39,626 bases of DNA from a virus (IMGVR_UViG_3300011420_000020:1-39626), one strand, 5' to 3'; counted from the stretch's first letter, positions 19,831-28,515 are shown. The notes: generated from the letters alone by a model not told the origin. Translations and numbers: made by a program.

Positions 19831-20337
19831 ATGCCCAACGGACCTAATACCGACCTCTACGTCTCCCTTCGAGACCACTTCGACGCCCGCCTAGCCGAAC
19901 TCGATCGCCGGCTCACCGACACGATCCTTGACCGTGACGCCCGAGTCCTGATCGCCATGACGGCCGCCAAGGAGGCGGTGGACAAGGCCGAGCGGGCAGG
20001 GACGATGGCGGCCGGGGCCGAGCGGGAGGCGACCGAGAAGCGTCTGGCCCTGCTCAACGAGTTCCGGGCGCAGCAGGCCGACGAGGCTCGCAAGTACGCC
20101 GAGCGAACCGTCGTTGCTCAGCAAGTGTCCGCCATCGAGGAACGACTGAGCCGCAACGAGAACGGACTCACTTCCCTGTTGGCCACCAATCAGCAGTTTG
20201 GCGACATGGAGAAGCGCCTGGCCCGGCAAGAGTCGCTCGTCGCCAGCCTTCAGGGTCGGGCGCTCGCCCTGGCCGGTTTCGGCGCCCTGATCGGCGGCAC
20301 GGTGGTGGGTCTGCTCATCCGGCTCATCGGTGTGTAG
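19831..20337 (+). CDS. Coiled-coil protein with C-terminal TM helix (possible lysis accessory)
   Basis: Long heptad region, then LALAGFGALIGGTVVGLLIRLIGV. Confidence 0.6.
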   Translation: MPNGPNTDLYVSLRDHFDARLAELDRRLTDTILDRDARVLIAMTAAKEAVDKAERAGTMAAGAEREATEKRLALLNEFRAQQADEARKYAERTVVAQQVSAIEERLSRNENGLTSLLATNQQFGDMEKRLARQESLVASLQGRALALAGFGALIGGTVVGLLIRLIGV

Positions 20338-20346
20338 GCTGTCAGC

Positions 20347-20676
20347 ATGAGTGTTGCTCAGATCATCACCTTCCTGAAGCGGGTCAAGAACGAGGTGCCT
20401 GCGGCCACGGCTGTGGCCCTCGGTGCTATCACCGCCGTCCTGACCGTCCTAGAGACGCTGCCTCCCGAGGCAACCGTGGTCGGCGCTGTAGGTACCGTGC
20501 TTCTGGCGCTCGTGCGCCAGTTTGTGTCCCCCGCCTTCCCCGAGGGGGCGCAGAAGGCCGTCGAGGTCGCCGCTAGGGCCGAAGTCGTGGCCCTGAAGCA
20601 GTTGGCCGGCGAGGGCGACGCCACGGCCCAGGAAGTCCTTGACCTCCTAGCGGCCAACGAGCCCTCAGTCCTGTAG
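20347..20676 (+). CDS. Putative holin (2 TM)
   Basis: NEVPA followed by two hydrophobic helices and VRQFVSP, as in actinophage holins. Confidence 0.55.
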   Translation: MSVAQIITFLKRVKNEVPAATAVALGAITAVLTVLETLPPEATVVGAVGTVLLALVRQFVSPAFPEGAQKAVEVAARAEVVALKQLAGEGDATAQEVLDLLAANEPSVL

Positions 20677-20764
20677 GAAGGTACCGCCCGCTGGCGCAGA
20701 CGCCCGGCCGGTACAACCGGACGCAGATTCCGTAGAGGGCCACACAGCGCCCGGTTCTGCACTT

Positions 20765-20836
20765 GCCCCCCTAGGCCAACGGCAGAGCCACCGGTCTCAA
20801 CAACCGGGGATGTGGGTTCGAGTCCCACGGGGGGTA
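20765..20836 (+). tRNA. Atypical tRNA, anticodon CAA (nominally Leu), short variable loop, no encoded CCA
   Basis: Acceptor GCCCCCC/GGGGGGT, D-arm GGC..AACGGCAG..GCC, anticodon arm CCGGT-CTCAACA-ACCGG, T-arm GTGGG-TTCGAGT-CCCAC, discriminator A. Confidence 0.8.
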
Positions 20837-20852
20837 CACTGATACGCAGTCG

Positions 20853-20926
20853 TGCGGGAATCAGGTCAGATGGCCTGGGGTTCATATCCCCGGAGCCGGT
20901 GGGTTCGAGTCCCCCTCCCGCCACCA
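20853..20926 (+). tRNA. tRNA-Met(CAT), initiator-like, reduced D-arm, encoded CCA
   Basis: Anticodon arm TGGGG-TTCATAT-CCCCG with consecutive G-C pairs; T-loop TTCGAGT; acceptor GCGGGA/TCCCGC with unpaired 1:72 (T/C); ends ACCA. Confidence 0.8.
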
Positions 20927-20944
20927 ACTTGAAGGAGGCGCCCG

Positions 20945-22318
20945 GTGACCGCACTTCGGCCTACCCAATTGGAGGCTCTGCACTTCCTCATCGAGGGGGG
21001 CCGTTGCATCTACGGTGATCCGCCGGGCACCGGCAAGACGGCCGTAGGGCTCAGCCTGGCGGCACGCACCGGCGACCGTACGCTCATCGTTGTGCCGGCG
21101 AACGTCCTACTTCACTGGACCAGTGAAGCTGAGGCGTTTACACCCGGCTACCCCGTCGCCATGTACCGGGGCTCGCACACGCTGAAGCAGCGCCGAGTCG
21201 CCATCGAGTCGTGGCTGGACAACGGCGGCGCCCTGGTGACTAACTACGAGGCCGTGCGCAGAGACGCCGACATTCTGAAGCACGCTGCGTTCGCCCAGTT
21301 GATTCTCGACGAGGCACACCGAATCAAGGGTCGGCGCACGCAGACCACCCTGGCCGTAGCAGGACTCGCCCGCAAAGCCCGATACCTGACTCACATCACC
21401 GGCACACCCGTGATGAATCGGGCCGAGGAACTCTGGTCGATGCTCAACATGATCGACCACCGGGCATACCCCTCGTACTGGCGTTGGGCTGAGGAGCACT
21501 TCTACGTCGCCCTGCGGCATTTCGGCACGAGTCCTCGGCCAGTGCGGGTCGTCGGCAAGCTGCGGCCGGGGGCCGAGGAAACCGTCCGTGCGCAACTGCT
21601 CGGGCGCCTACTCATTCGGCCGCTGGCCTACCTCCTGCCCGAGCTAGGTGACGAGCCGATCGTGTCAACCTTGCGCATCGAGTTGACGCCGGCCGAGCGT
21701 CGGCAGTACGACCAGATGGCGAAGCACGGCTGGACCGAGGAGACCTTCGCCGAGGGCATCGAGGTGGCCGACCTGGAGATCGCCAAGCGTACCCGGCTCC
21801 TGCAACTCGGCTCGGACTGGGGCGGCCTGCTGCCCGACAAGGGCCTGGGTTCTAAGGCCAAGGCGGCCGTCGACCTGGCCGAGGACATCGGCCGGCCGGT
21901 AGTCATTCTGACCAAGTACCGGGCGACCGCTCACCGCATCGCCGAGGCCATCGACGACTCTCGTGTTTACACGGGCGGCATGCGGCCGGAGGCTCGGGAA
22001 GACGCCCGACTTGACTTCGTCGCCGGCCGCTCGCCGGCTCTCGTCGGCACGATCGCCGCTCTCGGCACCGGCGTTGATGGACTCCAGGGCACCAGCCGGG
22101 ACATGATCTTCGTCGACCTGGACGACGTCTACGACGTCAACCGCCAGGCCATCGGTAGGCTGTACCGCTCGGGGCAGACCGGCGCCGTGAATGTCTGGGT
22201 GATTGCCGCTGCGGACACCTACGATCAGGTGATCGCCAAGGCCAACGCCGAGCAGCGTGACGTCAAGGAACTCCTGACCGGGAAGCCCTGGCAGGACCTA
22301 GTGAAGGGCAACGCATGA
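20945..22318 (+). CDS. SNF2-like SF2 helicase
   Basis: LRPTQ Q-motif, GDPPGTGKT, LILDEAH, ITGTP, GTGVDG, QAIGRLYRSGQ; SD AAGGAGG. Confidence 0.9.
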   Translation: MTALRPTQLEALHFLIEGGRCIYGDPPGTGKTAVGLSLAARTGDRTLIVVPANVLLHWTSEAEAFTPGYPVAMYRGSHTLKQRRVAIESWLDNGGALVTNYEAVRRDADILKHAAFAQLILDEAHRIKGRRTQTTLAVAGLARKARYLTHITGTPVMNRAEELWSMLNMIDHRAYPSYWRWAEEHFYVALRHFGTSPRPVRVVGKLRPGAEETVRAQLLGRLLIRPLAYLLPELGDEPIVSTLRIELTPAERRQYDQMAKHGWTEETFAEGIEVADLEIAKRTRLLQLGSDWGGLLPDKGLGSKAKAAVDLAEDIGRPVVILTKYRATAHRIAEAIDDSRVYTGGMRPEAREDARLDFVAGRSPALVGTIAALGTGVDGLQGTSRDMIFVDLDDVYDVNRQAIGRLYRSGQTGAVNVWVIAAADTYDQVIAKANAEQRDVKELLTGKPWQDLVKGNA

Positions 22319-22515
22319 ACGTTGGACAGTTGAAGAAGGCCCTGGCTTCCATCCCCGAGGAGTTCGACGACGTCCCTGTCGTCGGCAACTGGGGGTACGA
22401 GTGCGAGCAGGAGGAGGCGACCGGCGCTGAGATTGACTGGACCTACCCACCCTTCGGGTCGGCCTGGCCTGAGCGGGCTGACGGCCAAGTTCTCGTTTGG
22501 AGGCTGACATCATGA
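22315..22515 (+). CDS. Small hypothetical protein
   Basis: ATGA overlap; MNVGQLKKALASIP is a common phage small-protein N-terminus. Confidence 0.65.
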   Translation: MNVGQLKKALASIPEEFDDVPVVGNWGYECEQEEATGAEIDWTYPPFGSAWPERADGQVLVWRLTS

Positions 22516-23480
22516 ACGACACAATCGGATTCTCTGAAGTGTCCACCCTCGCCCAGTGCGAGGAGAAGTGGGGCGCCTTCTACGGCCGGGTTGAGGAGGG
22601 CGACGACGGTGAAGGCTTGCGTCGGGGTACCGCTTTCCACGAGTTCCTCGGCTACTGGTGGGACGGTGCTTTCATTTGGCAGCCCGGCGGGCCGGCATGG
22701 ACGGTATGGACCCCGAGCGTGGATCTCAGCCGGCGAATGACCGTCGAGGAGATCGAGCACGTCCAGTGGTTGGCATCACGGTTTCTGGCGCATTACGGCA
22801 CCGACCCGAAGGCCAGCACTGGCCTCAACCTCGTGGCGACCGAGTTGGAGGGGCGCATCCCCAGCCCGGTGCCCGGCGTCGACTTCACCTTCCACATCGA
22901 CCACGTCGGCGAGGACGATCAGGGGCGGCTGTGGGTCGTTGAAGACAAGACCTACGGTAGCAGGCAACGGCTGAAGCTGCTTCAGGTCTCGCTCCAGGAG
23001 ACGCTGTATGTCTACGGCGCCTCGATGCTGCTCGAACGGCCGGTCCACGGCGTCATGTTCGAGGGCGTTTACACGCAGCGCTGGAAGCCGACCTATCCGA
23101 CGCAAGCCGAGATGATGGAACGAATCGCCGTCGAGTTGGAGGGCAAGCGGGCCATCACGAAGAAGGACCTGCGCCTTGTCGCCAAGGACAGCATCGAGGT
23201 CATGAAGGCCGCTGGCGAGGGCATCGAGCGTCCGCCGGCCGAGTCCTTCGACCGCCGTTGGGTGGATCGTTCGCCCGAGCAGATCGAACAGGCGCTTAAG
23301 GTGGTGCGTGAAGTCATCATGCGCCGAGCCAATCTTTCTCACGGTGATCGCATCCCCATCCCGAACATCGGCCAGCACTGCGGCTGGTGTGGCGCTCGGG
23401 CGGAGTGCTGGGGCAAGCTGCTCGGCACGGACGGCGAGGACTACGGCTTCATCGCCATGGACGAAGACGAGGAGGAGTAA
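22512..23480 (+). CDS. PD-(D/E)XK (Cas4/RecB-like) exonuclease
   Basis: FSEVSTLAQC, GTAFHE, HID...VEDKT, QETLY and a C-terminal CGWC..RAEC cysteine cluster; start ATG 22512 with GGAGG. Confidence 0.8.
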   Translation: MNDTIGFSEVSTLAQCEEKWGAFYGRVEEGDDGEGLRRGTAFHEFLGYWWDGAFIWQPGGPAWTVWTPSVDLSRRMTVEEIEHVQWLASRFLAHYGTDPKASTGLNLVATELEGRIPSPVPGVDFTFHIDHVGEDDQGRLWVVEDKTYGSRQRLKLLQVSLQETLYVYGASMLLERPVHGVMFEGVYTQRWKPTYPTQAEMMERIAVELEGKRAITKKDLRLVAKDSIEVMKAAGEGIERPPAESFDRRWVDRSPEQIEQALKVVREVIMRRANLSHGDRIPIPNIGQHCGWCGARAECWGKLLGTDGEDYGFIAMDEDEEE

Positions 23481-23635
23481 TGAAGGGCCACCAGATTCCC
23501 GACACGGTTGAGTGCCGTTACTGGCCGCTGAACTCGCCGCCGAGTGACGAAGAACTTCTTGGCCAGTTTGGCCCGGACGCCATTCTGTTCGTTGTGGGCG
23601 ACGGCTGGTACGGCCTACGCCAGGAAAGGCTGTGA
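23480..23635 (+). CDS. Small hypothetical protein (51 aa, MKGHQIPDTVEC...)
   Basis: TAATG coupling, GGAGGAG SD, GTGA overlap with the whiB-like gene. Confidence 0.55.
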   Translation: MKGHQIPDTVECRYWPLNSPPSDEELLGQFGPDAILFVVGDGWYGLRQERL

Positions 23636-24303
23636 GGTCGTACGCCTGGCGAAACGACTTCGACTGGCTGGAGTGGGCAGCGTGTCGAGGCGCCCCGCCG
23701 GCCATCTTCTACGAGGACACGGAGGACGACGATGGGAACCCCAACTCGGCCGGCGTTGCTGTTGCCCGAGCGGTTTGCGCTCTTTGTCCTGTCCGTTACG
23801 AGTGTGCTGATCATGCACTTCACGAGGAGAAAGGACTAGCCGTGGATTCTCTCGAAAGGGTGGGTATCCGGGGCGGTCTCACGCCTGCGCAGCGCTGGAG
23901 TATTGAGAAGCGTGGCGGGCTGAAAGGTGCAGACCCGCTCGACCTCATCGCCGGCACACAGAACGGCCGCTCCGTACCGCCCATCCCTGACGAGGGCGAC
24001 CGCTGGAGCCGACATCACACCACCCTCGCTCACAAGGTCTTGCGCTGGCTCGCCGTCAACGTTCCAGAGGGTGGTCGAGTACCGTCGCAGACAGCGGTTT
24101 GTGAAGCCATCCCCTGCATGCCGGGGCCGCTCCGGATTGTCCTCGACGCATTCGTGGCGGACGGCACGCTCGATCTTCACGGGCCGCCTGAGCGCAAGGT
24201 GGGGGACAACGGCCACACTCGATACTACGTGCGGAGGCGCCTGCCGGGGGCGGTAGCATCGTGGGTACCGACCCACCTACGTCAGTCGAATGGAGATCCA
24301 TGA
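23632..24303 (+). CDS. whiB: WhiB-family transcription factor fused to a winged-helix (GntR-like) domain
   Basis: W..AAC, VCALCPVRYEC and GIRGGLTPAQR; C-terminal PEGGRVPSQTAVCEAI...LRIVLDAFVADGTL. Confidence 0.85.
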   Translation: MRSYAWRNDFDWLEWAACRGAPPAIFYEDTEDDDGNPNSAGVAVARAVCALCPVRYECADHALHEEKGLAVDSLERVGIRGGLTPAQRWSIEKRGGLKGADPLDLIAGTQNGRSVPPIPDEGDRWSRHHTTLAHKVLRWLAVNVPEGGRVPSQTAVCEAIPCMPGPLRIVLDAFVADGTLDLHGPPERKVGDNGHTRYYVRRRLPGAVASWVPTHLRQSNGDP

Positions 24304-25094
24304 CTGGAGTACCTGTCCTTCGGGACGAACCCACCCCTGTGGTCCGCAAGCGGCCTCCTATCCGAGCGTGCATCTACGCCGAGAAGGGTGTAGGCAAGAC
24401 AGCCCTGGCCTTGACGGCCAGTCGCCCGCTCGTCGTTGACACCAACTTCGGCCTTGAAGGCGAGGCGGTCCCGGAGGATCTTGACGCCCTCCAGTGGACG
24501 CCGGACGAGTACCCCGACCTGGCTTCGCTGTACTTCGCCATGAAGTCCAACGACCGGGACCGTGACACCTGGGTCATCGACCAGGTCGACTCGCTCAACG
24601 CCTGGCTGATTCGCCAGTCGGTCATGACCTGGGCCTCGAAGTCTCGGGAGCCCGGCGCCGGCATGGTCAACATCGGCCAGGGCGTCGCCGAGCAGCGGGA
24701 CTACCTGGCTGCGGCCACGGCCCTGCACGACTTCCTCCTGCTCCTCGCTCGCTCGGGCAAGGACATCATCCTCCTCGCCCACACGCTTCAGCCTGACCCC
24801 CAGAAGGGCGAGTACAAGCGAGGCCCGGCCATGAACGCAGCCAGCCGCAAGGAGGTCGAAGACTGGGCCAACATTTACGGCGAGTATCAGATCGTTCGTG
24901 TAGAAGGCAAGCCCGAGCAGCGTGTGCTTTCTTGGTTGCCTGACGACCCAACTCGGCGCACGGCCAACCGCTGGCGCTCGGTGCTGAAGTCATCCATGGT
25001 CAACCCGACCATCCCCAACATCAAGAAGGCCATCTCCCGGGCTTACACCAAGCCCACCCAACCGGCCGCCACGGCCAGAAAGGCAGACCAATGA
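24300..25094 (+). CDS. AAA ATPase, Sak4/AAA_24-like recombination protein
   Basis: IYAEKGVGKT Walker A, TWVIDQ Walker B, IILLAH; start ATG 24300; lies between the exonuclease and SSB-like genes. Confidence 0.75.
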   Translation: MTGVPVLRDEPTPVVRKRPPIRACIYAEKGVGKTALALTASRPLVVDTNFGLEGEAVPEDLDALQWTPDEYPDLASLYFAMKSNDRDRDTWVIDQVDSLNAWLIRQSVMTWASKSREPGAGMVNIGQGVAEQRDYLAAATALHDFLLLLARSGKDIILLAHTLQPDPQKGEYKRGPAMNAASRKEVEDWANIYGEYQIVRVEGKPEQRVLSWLPDDPTRRTANRWRSVLKSSMVNPTIPNIKKAISRAYTKPTQPAATARKADQ

Positions 25095-25600
25095 CCGCTC
25101 GGAATCCCAAGCCCGAGGATATGACCGACGACGAGGGCGTTGCCCCCGAGGAGGTCGAGGAGGATCTCGGCATCGCCGAGGGTGACGACTACGAGGCGCT
25201 CATCGCCGCCGCTCAGGCCAGCGTCGAGGATATGACCCTCGACCTGTCCGAGATGATCAAGCCCGTGCCGAAGGGCGTCTACGACCTGCGTTTCCTGGCG
25301 TGGGAGCCTGACGTGTCGAAGGAGGGGAAGCCCATGCTGAAGTTCACCTTCGAGGTGGTCTCCCCCGTCGAAGGCATCATGGGCCGGAAGGTGGTCAAGC
25401 GCTACATGCGCTCCGGGAAGGGCACGGGCTTCACCGTGGCGATCCTGGAGGCCATCGGCATCGGGATCGACACGGAGACCGGCCAGCCGGTCGGTCTGTC
25501 CGCCGAGGCGCTGAACAAGCAGCGGGGTACGGTCATCACAGCCGACCTCGACATCAAGAACGGCTTCAACGAGGTCGTCAATCCTCGGCCGCTAGGCTGA
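25091..25600 (+). CDS. DUF669-like single-stranded DNA-binding protein
   Basis: PVPKGVYDL...SKEGKPMLKFTFEV...NEV pattern; follows the Sak4-like ATPase. Confidence 0.65.
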   Translation: MTARNPKPEDMTDDEGVAPEEVEEDLGIAEGDDYEALIAAAQASVEDMTLDLSEMIKPVPKGVYDLRFLAWEPDVSKEGKPMLKFTFEVVSPVEGIMGRKVVKRYMRSGKGTGFTVAILEAIGIGIDTETGQPVGLSAEALNKQRGTVITADLDIKNGFNEVVNPRPLG

Positions 25601-25606
25601 GCGAAG

Positions 25607-25642
25607 CGCCGGCCGGGGGTTCCCTCCTCCCCCCGGCCGGCG
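25607..25642 (+). terminator. 13-bp GC-rich intergenic hairpin
   Basis: CGCCGGCCGGGGG / CCCCCGGCCGGCG directly after the SSB-like stop; no U-tract. Confidence 0.5.
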
Positions 25643-25673
25643 GCGCCGTCTAGGAGGGCTCCGAGGAGGAGTA

Positions 25674-26312
25674 GTGCCTGTTTACATTCCACTTCGACCG
25701 GGTGAGAAGACCCCGTCCGTCAACGGCTGGTCCTCCCCGGAATACCAGGGCGTCGAGCACAAGCCGGGCGACTGGCACGGCATGCGCTGCGACGGCCTGG
25801 TGGTGGTCGACTTCGACAGTGACGAGGCTCTCGCCTATGGCTCCGAGATGGATCGCACCTTGACGGTGCGGACACCCAGGGGGCTGCACCTGATCTACCG
25901 GCATACGCCCGGCTCCCCCGAGGGGCCGGCGGTCGGCGTCTTCCCTGGCGTGGACATTCGAGCCGGCCGAGGCTCCTACATAGTGGCGCCCGACGCCCCC
26001 GACCGGATAATACTCCACTCCATTCTGCCTGCACCCTTCAACCCCTCCTGGCTGCCTGCCGCTCGTTCTGGCCCGAGCGGAGTCAGCCAGGAGTGGGATC
26101 GTGTCGGCGAGGGCCGGCGCAACAACACCCTGGCCGCCGTGGGCGGGGCGTTGCGCAAGCAAGGCGCCTCGGCGACGGCCATCGCTCGTGCGCTCGTCGT
26201 CCTGAACGAAATCCTCCTGGAGGAGCCGCTCCCTCGGGAGGAAGTCCTCCAGACTGCCGCTTCCATCGCCCGGTACGACCCGAGGCCCGACGTGGAGATC
26301 GTGCTGACGTGA
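25674..26312 (+). CDS. Bifunctional primase-polymerase (Prim-Pol) with PriCT-like C-terminus
   Basis: PLRPGEKTP, VVVDFD, TPRGLHLIY, GVDIRAGRGSYIVAP; EGRRNNTL...PL..EEV..TAASI. Confidence 0.85.
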   Translation: MPVYIPLRPGEKTPSVNGWSSPEYQGVEHKPGDWHGMRCDGLVVVDFDSDEALAYGSEMDRTLTVRTPRGLHLIYRHTPGSPEGPAVGVFPGVDIRAGRGSYIVAPDAPDRIILHSILPAPFNPSWLPAARSGPSGVSQEWDRVGEGRRNNTLAAVGGALRKQGASATAIARALVVLNEILLEEPLPREEVLQTAASIARYDPRPDVEIVLT

Positions 26313-28180
26313 TTCACCTTCTCCGAGACAGCGAGGAACTTGGAACACTCGCCCAGGAAATCTCTCGCCTAGGGCCAGCGGATCACGTCGCCATCGACAC
26401 GGAGACCTTCCACCGAGGCGACGGCAAGATCGGAGACAAGCCCCGGACGTTCATGCCCTGGAACGGGGCGGAGATGTCCGGGCTCTCTATCTCCTTCGGC
26501 GTTGACGGCTACTACATCCCCGTTAACCATCGGCTGGGCCGACAAGCCGACCCCTCTGGCGTGCGGTGGGTGATCGAGGCGCTCAACGGCACCCGGTCTC
26601 GACACGATATGCACCATGCCCAGTACGACTGGGCGATTCTGGAGCACGACACGGGCTTCAAGCACCGGTGGAACACGAACGACACCATCACTCGGGCGTG
26701 GCTGGACGACGAGAATCGGCCCAAGGGGCTGAAGGATCTGTCCGACCTGTACCTCGGCGGCAACAGCCGGGCCGAGAAGAAGGCCCTGGCCGAGATCATG
26801 GGACGGCCGACTGTCACGGAGATGAAGGACCGGATCAAGGCCGAGTATCCTGAGATGCCCGTTATGAAGTGGGTCCAGCCGAAAGCTAGGAGTGCTGCAA
26901 GGGATCTCTCCTGGGGTGACCTGTATCCGGAGGAAATGGCGCCCTACGCCGGCACCGATGCGACCGATACGTACGCTCTGGCCGAATATTTCGGCACGAC
27001 GTGGACGACCACGATGGCTCGGGAGATGCGGATTCAGGAGGTGTTGTACCGGATGCGCCAACGGGGGATCACCCTCGACCCGGAGCGTCTGGAGCGGGCC
27101 GGCCGGGAGTACCGGATCGCCGCCGATCGAATCCAGGCCAAGTACCCCGACTACGAACTGGGTCGAACCTCCGAGATCATCCGCCTCGTTTACACGGACC
27201 TGGGCCTACCGGTGCTGGAATCTTCGCCCAAGACCGGCGTGCCTTCGACCGCCCGCAACGCTCTCGAACTGTTGCCTGCCCACCCGGTGATCGAGGACGT
27301 GCTGGAGCACCGGCGGATGCTGAAAGCGCTCAACTCCTACGTGAAGCCGCTGTTTGAATACGACCGCACCTCAATGGACGGGCGAATCCACCCGGAGTTC
27401 AATCCAGTGGGCACCGTCACCGGCCGGCGGGCGTGTTCGCTGCCCAACCTCCAACAGATCCCGAAGGAGTCCACGTTGCCCGGCGTCCGGGAGTCATTCC
27501 GGCCGGCGCACGGGCTGGAACTGTGGGAGTACGACCTGGCCTCGGCGGAACTGTGGGTAGGCGCAGCAATCACCAAGGATCCGGCCCTGACTGCGATTCT
27601 TGTGGAAGGCCGGAACATGCACGAGGAGATGGCCTTCAAGTTGTTCGGCACGAAGGACCATGCCAGCCGCTTCTACACCCTCTCGAAGAACGTGAACTAC
27701 GGCATCCCCTACGGCGCAGGCATCGAGCAGATCGCCCGTTTCTGCGCCAAGGCCGGCCTCGGTCCCAAGGAGGCGGCCAAGGTCGCCGAGGAGATCCTGA
27801 CCGCCCATAAGGAGATGTTCGCCGGCTACCACCGGGCGACCAAGATCGTTGGCCGTACAGCCAAGCGAGTAGGCAAGGTGCCGCTTACCACGCCAGGCCG
27901 ATATCGGCACGTCAACTCCCGCTTCGGCCAGGTGCCTGACTACGCCGTGCTCAACTCGCTCGTCCAGGGCGGGGTCGGCACGGTGATGGGCGACGTGCTG
28001 GTCGAGTACGAGCGGGCTAGGCCGGGCGAGTTGCTGCTGGAGGTTCACGACTCGTTCGTCATGGAATTGGAGCCCGGTCTCGGCACGGTGGTCCTCGACC
28101 TGCTCAACGCTATCCTGGTCGATGTCAACCCGTTCAGCCTTCCCCTCCGGTTCGAGGGCAAGCAATGGAGGTCCGCATGA
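26309..28180 (+). CDS. polA: DNA polymerase, family A, with 3'-5' exonuclease
   Basis: AIDTET, HHAQYD and YAGTDA exonuclease motifs; GTVTGR..PNLQQIP, YDLASAEL, KNVNYGIPYG, VQGG, VHDS. Likely start GTG 26309 overlapping the Prim-Pol stop. Confidence 0.93.
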   Translation: MIHLLRDSEELGTLAQEISRLGPADHVAIDTETFHRGDGKIGDKPRTFMPWNGAEMSGLSISFGVDGYYIPVNHRLGRQADPSGVRWVIEALNGTRSRHDMHHAQYDWAILEHDTGFKHRWNTNDTITRAWLDDENRPKGLKDLSDLYLGGNSRAEKKALAEIMGRPTVTEMKDRIKAEYPEMPVMKWVQPKARSAARDLSWGDLYPEEMAPYAGTDATDTYALAEYFGTTWTTTMAREMRIQEVLYRMRQRGITLDPERLERAGREYRIAADRIQAKYPDYELGRTSEIIRLVYTDLGLPVLESSPKTGVPSTARNALELLPAHPVIEDVLEHRRMLKALNSYVKPLFEYDRTSMDGRIHPEFNPVGTVTGRRACSLPNLQQIPKESTLPGVRESFRPAHGLELWEYDLASAELWVGAAITKDPALTAILVEGRNMHEEMAFKLFGTKDHASRFYTLSKNVNYGIPYGAGIEQIARFCAKAGLGPKEAAKVAEEILTAHKEMFAGYHRATKIVGRTAKRVGKVPLTTPGRYRHVNSRFGQVPDYAVLNSLVQGGVGTVMGDVLVEYERARPGELLLEVHDSFVMELEPGLGTVVLDLLNAILVDVNPFSLPLRFEGKQWRSA

Positions 28181-28515
28181 AGGTCACCCAGCACGCCGCC
28201 TACGGACTCACCGAGTTGGAGGCCGATCTCATCTTCCTGAAGCAGAACGGCCGCTGCCGGATTTGCGGCAAGCGCTTCCGCCCTGGCCGGCCCCCGCAGG
28301 TCGACCACCACCATAAGACCGGCGCCGTCAGGGGGCTGCTGTGCGCCTACTGCAACACCACGATCGGCCTGCTGCACGAAGACGTCGCTTGGCTGCGTAA
28401 GGCAGCCGATCACATCAAGGTCGGCGCCTTCGTCGTTCGAGGCGTCGTCGGCCGGCCCGTTTACACGCCCGACTCCCCCGGCGCTGCCGGGCTACTCCAC
28501 AAGGAGACATCATGA
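28177..28515 (+). CDS. Recombination endonuclease VII family
   Basis: QNGRCRIC...VDHHHKTGAVRGLLCAYCNTTIG. Confidence 0.88.
   Translation: MKVTQHAAYGLTELEADLIFLKQNGRCRICGKRFRPGRPPQVDHHHKTGAVRGLLCAYCNTTIGLLHEDVAWLRKAADHIKVGAFVVRGVVGRPVYTPDSPGAAGLLHKETS

Noticed and set aside
20677-20764. Possible third tRNA upstream of the tRNA pair
   Set aside because: Some pairing (GCAGA/TCTGC), but no T-loop or cloverleaf.
20796-20802. Reading the loop as a TCA (opal suppressor) anticodon, or a recoded genome
   Set aside because: The canonical 7-nt loop register gives CAA; TGA, TAG and TAA all end genes normally and the long ORFs are intact.
26093-26308. ORF-track N-terminal extensions (9008, 24261, 26093, 29071, 31935, 34948, 36363, 38031)
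   Set aside because: They overlap upstream genes or run through repeat elements; downstream starts with SD or stop-start coupling fit better.
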